The translations under genes and the position numbers were made by a program. Shown piece by piece: positions 58,518 through 64,000 of a stretch of 64,000 nt of DNA. How positions within the stretch are numbered: the stretch's first letter is position 1; each line of letters starts with the position of its first letter. The notes below the pieces were generated by a model, which searched no databases, was not told the origin of the DNA, and was given only the letters and a program-made list of their open reading frames with translations. Origin of the DNA: an uncultured delta proteobacterium (lineage in GTDB: Bacteria; Desulfobacterota; Zymogenia; Zymogenales; Zymogenaceae); contig CAVTLK010000005.1 in NCBI GenBank assembly GCA_963735595.1, forward strand, positions 640,001 to 704,000, read 5' to 3'.

Positions 58518-59399
58518 ATGAAACAGGAAGAAATCAAGAAGGCGGTGAGGGACCGCTATGGAAACATCGCCGAGTCCTCGGCCGGATGCGGATGCACGCC
58601 CAAGGGTCAGGCACAGTCCTGCTGCGGACCGCAGATGGACGCGGGCGATATTGCAGAAAAGATCGGGTATTCGGCGGCCGACCTCTCCTCGATCCCCGAC
58701 GGCTCCAACATGGGCCTCGGCTGCGGCAATCCCGTCGCGCTGGCCTCGCTGACGGAAGGGGAGGTGGTGCTGGACCTCGGCTCCGGCGGCGGGGTCGACT
58801 GCTTTATCGCCGCCAAGAAGGTCGGTAAAACCGGACGGGTCATCGGGGTGGACATGACCCCCGAGATGATCGCGAAGGCCCAGGCCAACGCGAAAAGGGG
58901 CGGTTTTGACAACGTCGAGTTCCGAATGGGAGAAATCGAAAACCTTCCCGTGGAAGACGGGACCGTGAACGCCGTCATATCCAACTGCGTCATCAACCTC
59001 TCGCCCGACAAGCCGCAGGTGTTCCGTGAGGCGTACCGGTCGCTCACCCCCGGAGGCAGGCTCATGGTGTCGGACATCGTGCTTCTGAGGGAGCTGCCGG
59101 AGCAGGTCAGGAAATCGGTGGACGCCTATACGGCCTGCGTGGCCGGCGCGCTGATCAAGGACGATTATATCGGCGCGATCAGGGCTGCCGGTTTTGAGGA
59201 CGTGGAGGTGATCGGTGAGACGGTCTACCCCACTGAATGGCTCATGGCCGACCCCTCGCTTGAGCCGATGATCGAGGAGGCAAAGGCGGCAGGAATCATC
59301 GACGACGGCAAGCCCTATGCCGCCAGCATAAAAGTCTCGGCAATAAAACCGGGAGGAGAGAAAAAGGCGGATTGCGAGGGGTGCTGTTGCTGCTGTTGA
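58518..59399 (+). CDS. arsM: Arsenite S-adenosylmethionine methyltransferase
   Basis: SCCG, GLGCGNP, LDLGSGGGVD, SNCVINL, CVAGA; AAGGAG RBS. Confidence 0.92.
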   Translation: MKQEEIKKAVRDRYGNIAESSAGCGCTPKGQAQSCCGPQMDAGDIAEKIGYSAADLSSIPDGSNMGLGCGNPVALASLTEGEVVLDLGSGGGVDCFIAAKKVGKTGRVIGVDMTPEMIAKAQANAKRGGFDNVEFRMGEIENLPVEDGTVNAVISNCVINLSPDKPQVFREAYRSLTPGGRLMVSDIVLLRELPEQVRKSVDAYTACVAGALIKDDYIGAIRAAGFEDVEVIGETVYPTEWLMADPSLEPMIEEAKAAGIIDDGKPYAASIKVSAIKPGGEKKADCEGCCCCC

Positions 59400-59432
59400 C
59401 GATTGGACCGGTATTGACTACCAAACTGTTTG

Positions 59433-59463
59433 AAACGGGCGGCCTAACGGCTGCCCGTTTTTT
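59433..59463 (+). terminator. Intrinsic terminator after arsM
   Basis: aaacgggcggcc-taac-ggctgcccgtttttt. Confidence 0.75.
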
Positions 59464-59488
59464 AATAGCGCTGGGTGCCACCCGATGC

Positions 59489-59513
59489 CGGACGCGATGA
59501 ATCGCGTCCCTAT
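59489..59513 (-). repeat. Degenerate GTAG-type REP overlapping the GNAT stop codon
   Basis: Minus strand reads ATAGGGACGCGATTCATCGCGTCCG. Confidence 0.6.
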
Positions 59514-60022
59514 GATTTTTTTTTCAACTCCCGTCTCATGAGCGTTACCTCAAACGTGAAATGCTCAAACCTGATCCGGCGGTTTACGGTAAAGCCCATC
59601 CGCCGGTACCATTTGACCAGGTGCTCCTCGTCGGAGATCACCCCGATCGAGGCATGGTCGGCCCCGGTCTTCGCGGCCTCGTCGATCGCAAATGTCAGGA
59701 GCTTTTTGCCCAGGCCCCGGCCCTGATAGCCCGGCAGCACCGCGAGCCTGCCGATGTAGCAGACCTCGGGCCGGGCGTGCTCCACTGTCACGGAGCCGGC
59801 AGGCGTGCCGTCTGCCTCGATAATATAATAATGAACGCCCTTGTCCATGTCCCCGACTATCCATGCGTCGGTGATGTTGGAGGCGTGCTTCGAGTCCTTA
59901 TCCGGGGGCAGCCCCAGGCGATCGGCCACCTCTGTGAAGGACGTCTTAATGATCGCCACGAGTGTCGGGATGTCGTCCTGACCGGCCCGTCGTATAGTCG
60001 TATCCATCGCGAAACCATCCAT
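59510..60022 (-). CDS. GNAT family N-acetyltransferase
   Basis: RLAVLPGYQGRGLG, LVKWYRRMGF; start uncertain (60022 or 60007). Confidence 0.85.
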   Translation of the reverse strand: MDGFAMDTTIRRAGQDDIPTLVAIIKTSFTEVADRLGLPPDKDSKHASNITDAWIVGDMDKGVHYYIIEADGTPAGSVTVEHARPEVCYIGRLAVLPGYQGRGLGKKLLTFAIDEAAKTGADHASIGVISDEEHLVKWYRRMGFTVNRRIRFEHFTFEVTLMRRELKKKS

Positions 60023-60078
60023 TATATTTCTATCCGAGTAACGCATCGGCCGGAAAACCGGCTGCCTTGGCGTCCGCG

Positions 60079-61295
60079 CTAACGGCCGATCGCCTCGATT
60101 CCCGTCCCGGGGAAATAAAACTCGATTATCTGCCGGTAGTCTCTTCCCATGCGGGCGAGCTCTACCGCCCCCCACTGGCTCATCCCCACGCCGTGACCCA
60201 GCCCTTTGCCGTCAAACCGGTAGGAGCCGCCGGTTTCGTGCAGCTCAAAGAGGGTGCTCTTGAGGCTGCCCCACCCGAAGCGGCTGCATACGACGATCCG
60301 GAACTTCTCGCCCGTGAGCCCGGTGCCCGCCCCCGTGAGCCGTATCTTTACCGCCCGTCCCGACGGGTCGCGCCCCGCCACGCCAACGCCGGTCACCGGC
60401 CGGCCGAGCGCGTCGGTAAGCGCCGCAAGCAGGCGCCGCTTCTCGACGGTAGAAGGTCCACGCAAAATCGGGGCTCGCCGCCGAAAGCTCCCTCCCGCGG
60501 AAAGCGTCCCTGATCGGGACGAGGTAGGGGACGGCCGGCCCGCCCCAGACATATACGGGCGATGTGGTCATACCGCCGGAGCTGGAATGATAGAAGACGC
60601 TCGGCCGGTTTGCCGCCGTACGTCACGACGAGGCCGGCGGTCTCGGTGACGGCCCGGGTGCCGGCGGCGGTCTCGGTATCCACGCCCCCGTAGTGCTGGC
60701 AGTGGGTCAGGTCGCACAGGTCCCAGCCCGTGTGCCTGCCCCGGTTTGCCAGAGCAAAGGTGCGGCACACGATCGCCTGGGCCAAAAGTGCGGCCGTTTC
60801 CCTCGTGGAAAGCTCGGCCGGCACCACCGAGAGGAGATACTCCTCGAGGGGCACGGTGTTGAGAAGGACGATAACGCCCTTCTCGGCCGATAGGGTGAGC
60901 GTCCCGTGGTAGCGGTGCCCGTCGGTCGGCGTCGTGACGGTAAGGACGGTCGACCCGGATAGGGGGGAGATAGTCAGGGGGGTCGGCACGCGCGCCGCTT
61001 TATCGTCTACGGTGAGAGTCAAGACCGACGATCCACTGGCGGTAACGGTAATGGTAACGGGGTTTTGTTCAAGGGCACCGCCGGGAAACGAGACGCGGAC
61101 GGGAGATGGCGCACTGATGGTTACGCGGTCGGTAACCCTACCCTCGAGGACCCTGACGACGATTGCGGTATCGCCGGCTGCGGAGGCGGTTACGGCAAGC
61201 AGGAGCGATAGAACACACGGCACCAATAGAAAACGCGCCAAGCGTGGTAACCGCGGTACGGCACGGATCGGTGTCAGGCGGCAGATCGAGTACAT
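60079..61295 (-). pseudogene. SpoIID/LytB-family lytic transglycosylase with two frameshifts
   Basis: LEEYL..VVPAE, AQAI..RT, CQHY; then FYHSSSGG and PYL in a second frame; then GHGVGMSQWGA in a third. Single extra bases near 60600 and 60451. Confidence 0.8.
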
Positions 61296-61514
61296 TGCGG
61301 CCCCAATGACGACTATACGGTCACTATATGATGAACGGTGAAAAAAGAAAAGGGAAAATATCGCCGGAATCATTGGAGGGCTGCGGGCAGACATCCACCC
61401 GAATCGGCATCACCTTTTGACTTGACGTTTTCCCCGATTACGATATGATATTACCGTTTTGTTGATAGGTGCGGTACAGACGCTAAAACCCAGTTTGCGC
61501 GGTGGAGGTATTAT

Positions 61515-61952
61515 ATGTCCGGTTATAAGAAAGTGCTGGTTGCGGTGGACGGTTCGTCCTGTTCGGAAAAGGCGGTTGGGGTTGCCGTAAACTTTTGCCG
61601 GCTTTCAAATGCCGAGCTTCACGCCATCTTCGTCATATCCGAGATGGTGGTGGAAAACTTCAAGCGCCTCGGCAAGGGACAGGCCAAGGAGGTGCTCGAG
61701 AGCCTCAAGGACGAGGGGAGAAAATACTTTCGCGATGTCAAGGATACCGCCAAGGAATGGGACGTGAAGGTTGTGGAGGCTATCCGCGAGGGTTTCCCGG
61801 CCGACGAGATCGTGACGTACGCCAAGAAGTCCAAGATCGACCTCATCGTCATGGGGACCCATGGCCGCAGGGTTGGCACCAGGCCCCTCATCGGGAGCAC
61901 GGCAGACCGGGTCATCCACCTGGCGCCCTGTCCGATCCTCATCGTGCCATAA
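61515..61952 (+). CDS. Universal stress protein (UspA family)
   Basis: VAVDGS, DLIVMGTHG, IGSTADRV, CPILIV; GGAGG RBS. Confidence 0.93.
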   Translation: MSGYKKVLVAVDGSSCSEKAVGVAVNFCRLSNAELHAIFVISEMVVENFKRLGKGQAKEVLESLKDEGRKYFRDVKDTAKEWDVKVVEAIREGFPADEIVTYAKKSKIDLIVMGTHGRRVGTRPLIGSTADRVIHLAPCPILIVP

Positions 61953-61991
61953 GGTATCGTGGGAAAATATCCCATCAGGAAGTTTTCTTGC

Positions 61992-62028
61992 CGATAGACT
62001 TGCCCCGGAACAAGTCTATCGTTTTTTT
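61992..62028 (+). terminator. Intrinsic terminator after usp
   Basis: cgatagacttg-ccccggaa-caagtctatcg followed by T7. Confidence 0.7.
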
Positions 62029-62205
62029 GAGGAGCGGGAGGATTTCTCCGAGGTAGAGAGAATTATCCCTCCGCAGCGCACCGAGGATACCGGCCTGGCC
62101 CCGCACGCGCTTGCCCGGGCGCGGACCGCCCTCAAGAAGCTGGGCAAGCGGGGGCTGCCGGGCCCGGTGCCGCCCGGCTTCTCTCCGCCGGCCGTCCTTT
62201 CGGAC

Positions 62206-64000
62206 ATGGCCGCGGCCTATGACCCGGACCTCCACGAGCGTGTCCGGAGGATCGCCTGGTACCTCTCGTCTTACCTCTTCACCCACGATGACCCCGCATC
62301 TCCCTTTCTCTCGAAAGACCGGCGCGAGGCGCGGCACGCCGACGCGATACGGGCCCACGACGGGCCGATCCTCTTCGTCCCCAACTATAACTCCCATTTA
62401 GACAGCGTTATGATTGCGGTTTTTTTCGACGCCCTGGGCCTTTGTCTCCCCTTCTCGGCCCTGGGCGACCTGCTGATGCCGAGCGTCGCTGTCGAACAGG
62501 AGATGAAGCGGCTGCGGGTCATCAAGATCACCAAGTCCCACCTCTGGGCGCCGCACTACCCGGCCTATGAGCGGATCCTTTCCGAATATATGAAGGCCCT
62601 CTTCGAGGGGGGCGCCCGGGTGGTCGTTCACAGCGAGGCCTCGCGGTACACCACCCGCAGCATCGACGGGACGATGCGGGCGACCATCCCGCCCTGGATC
62701 ATCTCGGCGCTGCTATCGTCCGAGCGGGACGTGCTGGTGGTCCCGCTGACTCTCTCGCTTTCCCGGGTCCCCGAGGACCGGGCGCTGACCTACCATAAAC
62801 CGCTGGCCGGCCTGATCAGCCGAAACGACCTGAGCGCCGACGTCCCGATTACCCGTTACCTGAGATTCGGCCGCGGCTGGTGGGGCCGCCTGTTCAGCGC
62901 GGTGCTCGACGGTATGCCGGGCGTTTACGGCACGGCGTACCTGACGCTCGGCGAACCCTTCCTGAAGGGGGATATGATCAGGGAGGCGCCGGCCGGGCGC
63001 GACCCCGCCGATACCATCGCCAGACGGGCGATGGAGGAGACGGCCAGGAATAAAAAGGTGCTCCCCACGCACCTGGTCGCCGGGACGCTTATGAGCCGCG
63101 AGCGGCTGACAAAACGGGAGCTCCATCCGGCGGCCGCCGAGGAGCTCGAACGGCTGATCGCCTTTCATCGCGAGCGCTACGGGTCGGCGCCCGATCTGGA
63201 CGACTCGTTTTCGGGCGGCATCGGGAGGGCCGTGGAGGCGGGGCTTTTGCCGATGACGGAGCGCCGTATCATTAAAAAGGGCCTGATGCTCCCCCGACGC
63301 TTCTACGTCTCGAACCGGGTCCTGGGCCGGTTCTACGCAAACCAGCTCGACCACCGGATCTATCCCCAGTGGTCGGGCCACAACCTGACGGTGGTCAACG
63401 CCGGGGCGTTCGGCTATACGCTGACCACCCACCTGGGGAGGAAGTTCGACGCCGACCCGGCCTATGCCGACTGGAGCCTGGTGCTGTTTGACGCCCGCAG
63501 GGATATCGTGCAGTCAATAGCGGAGCACCGGGCGCACCCCGACTTTTTCCCCGGCAGCGTGCTGCCGAAGGTTGTCCACGTGGAATCGGACCTCGGGGCG
63601 GGGATCGGCCGCGCCGAGATCGTCGTCGTGGCCACCCCTTCGGACCACTTCCGGGAGACGGCGCGCGCGATTCTGGAGGCCCACCCCGACCCGTTTGTGC
63701 TGGTGATCGCCACGAAGGGATTTGAGGCCGAGACCTCGCTCTTGCCGGTCGAGACGGCATGGGAAGAGATGGACAGGCGGGGGAGGTCCAACGTCCAGAT
63801 CGCCGTAATTTCCGGGGCAAACCTCGCCGGCGAGATCATGGAGGAAAGACTGACGGCAACCCAGCTTGCCGTAGAGAATAACGACCTGAGGGCACGGCTC
63901 ATCGATATCTTCTCAACGGACGATTTTTACGTCTACCCCTCCAGCGACCTCCTGGGCACGCAGCTGGCCGGCGCCATGAAGAACGTCTATGCCATCGCCT
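62206..64000 (+). CDS. PlsB-like acyltransferase domain fused to NAD(P)H glycerol-3-phosphate dehydrogenase (GpsA); runs off the window end, start uncertain
   Basis: Hand translation of frame 1 shows no stop: FVPNYNSHLD, VVPLTLSLSRVPE, YGTAYLTLGEP, FYANQLDH; then NAGAFG, ATPS, ATKG, ISGANLA, DLLGTQLAGAMKNVYAIA. Confidence 0.85.
   Translation, partial: MAAAYDPDLHERVRRIAWYLSSYLFTHDDPASPFLSKDRREARHADAIRAHDGPILFVPNYNSHLDSVMIAVFFDALGLCLPFSALGDLLMPSVAVEQEMKRLRVIKITKSHLWAPHYPAYERILSEYMKALFEGGARVVVHSEASRYTTRSIDGTMRATIPPWIISALLSSERDVLVVPLTLSLSRVPEDRALTYHKPLAGLISRNDLSADVPITRYLRFGRGWWGRLFSAVLDGMPGVYGTAYLTLGEPFLKGDMIREAPAGRDPADTIARRAMEETARNKKVLPTHLVAGTLMSRERLTKRELHPAAAEELERLIAFHRERYGSAPDLDDSFSGGIGRAVEAGLLPMTERRIIKKGLMLPRRFYVSNRVLGRFYANQLDHRIYPQWSGHNLTVVNAGAFGYTLTTHLGRKFDADPAYADWSLVLFDARRDIVQSIAEHRAHPDFFPGSVLPKVVHVESDLGAGIGRAEIVVVATPSDHFRETARAILEAHPDPFVLVIATKGFEAETSLLPVETAWEEMDRRGRSNVQIAVISGANLAGEIMEERLTATQLAVENNDLRARLIDIFSTDDFYVYPSSDLLGTQLAGAMKNVYAIA

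Noticed and set aside
57395..59399. Calling this a mercury-methylation locus
   Set aside because: No HgcA cap-helix motif (N(V/I)WCA(A/G)GK) or HgcB is encoded in the window.
59397..59430. Selenocysteine read-through of the arsM TGA after the Cys run
   Set aside because: Another TGA follows within five codons, no SECIS-like hairpin sits at the right spacing, and the catalytic positions are ordinary Cys codons.
61959..62030. GTG start plus frameshift giving an N-terminus MGKYPIRKFLADR... for the PlsB-GpsA fusion
   Set aside because: The same stretch forms a convincing hairpin + T7 terminator for usp, so the start was left unresolved rather than invoking another indel.

Overview
A GC-rich (roughly 60%) chromosomal window, probably from an anaerobic deltaproteobacterium (Desulfobacterota-like); this is inferred from gene content only. 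Core genes: hypA 3' end, hypB, a DAHP synthase-prephenate dehydratase fusion, archaeal-type split glutamate synthase, PPi-type PFK, argS, tilS, hisI, lptD, vorB/ferredoxin and usp. These are interleaved with many tandem paralog pairs and triplets. Most notable: (1) three tandem acyl-CoA hydrolase/transferase-GNAT fusions, two of which share a ~1.1-1.3 kb essentially identical, G-skewed block while their GNAT ends differ (GRINS-like); (2) an hgcC-like AbrB regulator + MddA-like methyltransferase + arsM operon with a clean sigma70 promoter and operator palindrome, but no hgcAB; (3) six stand-alone Cys-rich V4R proteins plus a V4R remnant; (4) a bacterial APCDD1-like lipoprotein; (5) a PlsB-like/GpsA fusion with a substituted catalytic motif, missed by the ORF track; (6) hicB + mrr inserted between hypA and hypB; (7) a RAYT with REPs and two other palindromic repeat families. 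larA and spoIID are frameshifted, by real decay or consensus error. I saw no tRNA, rRNA or CRISPR array. All family assignments come from motif recognition by eye, not database searches.
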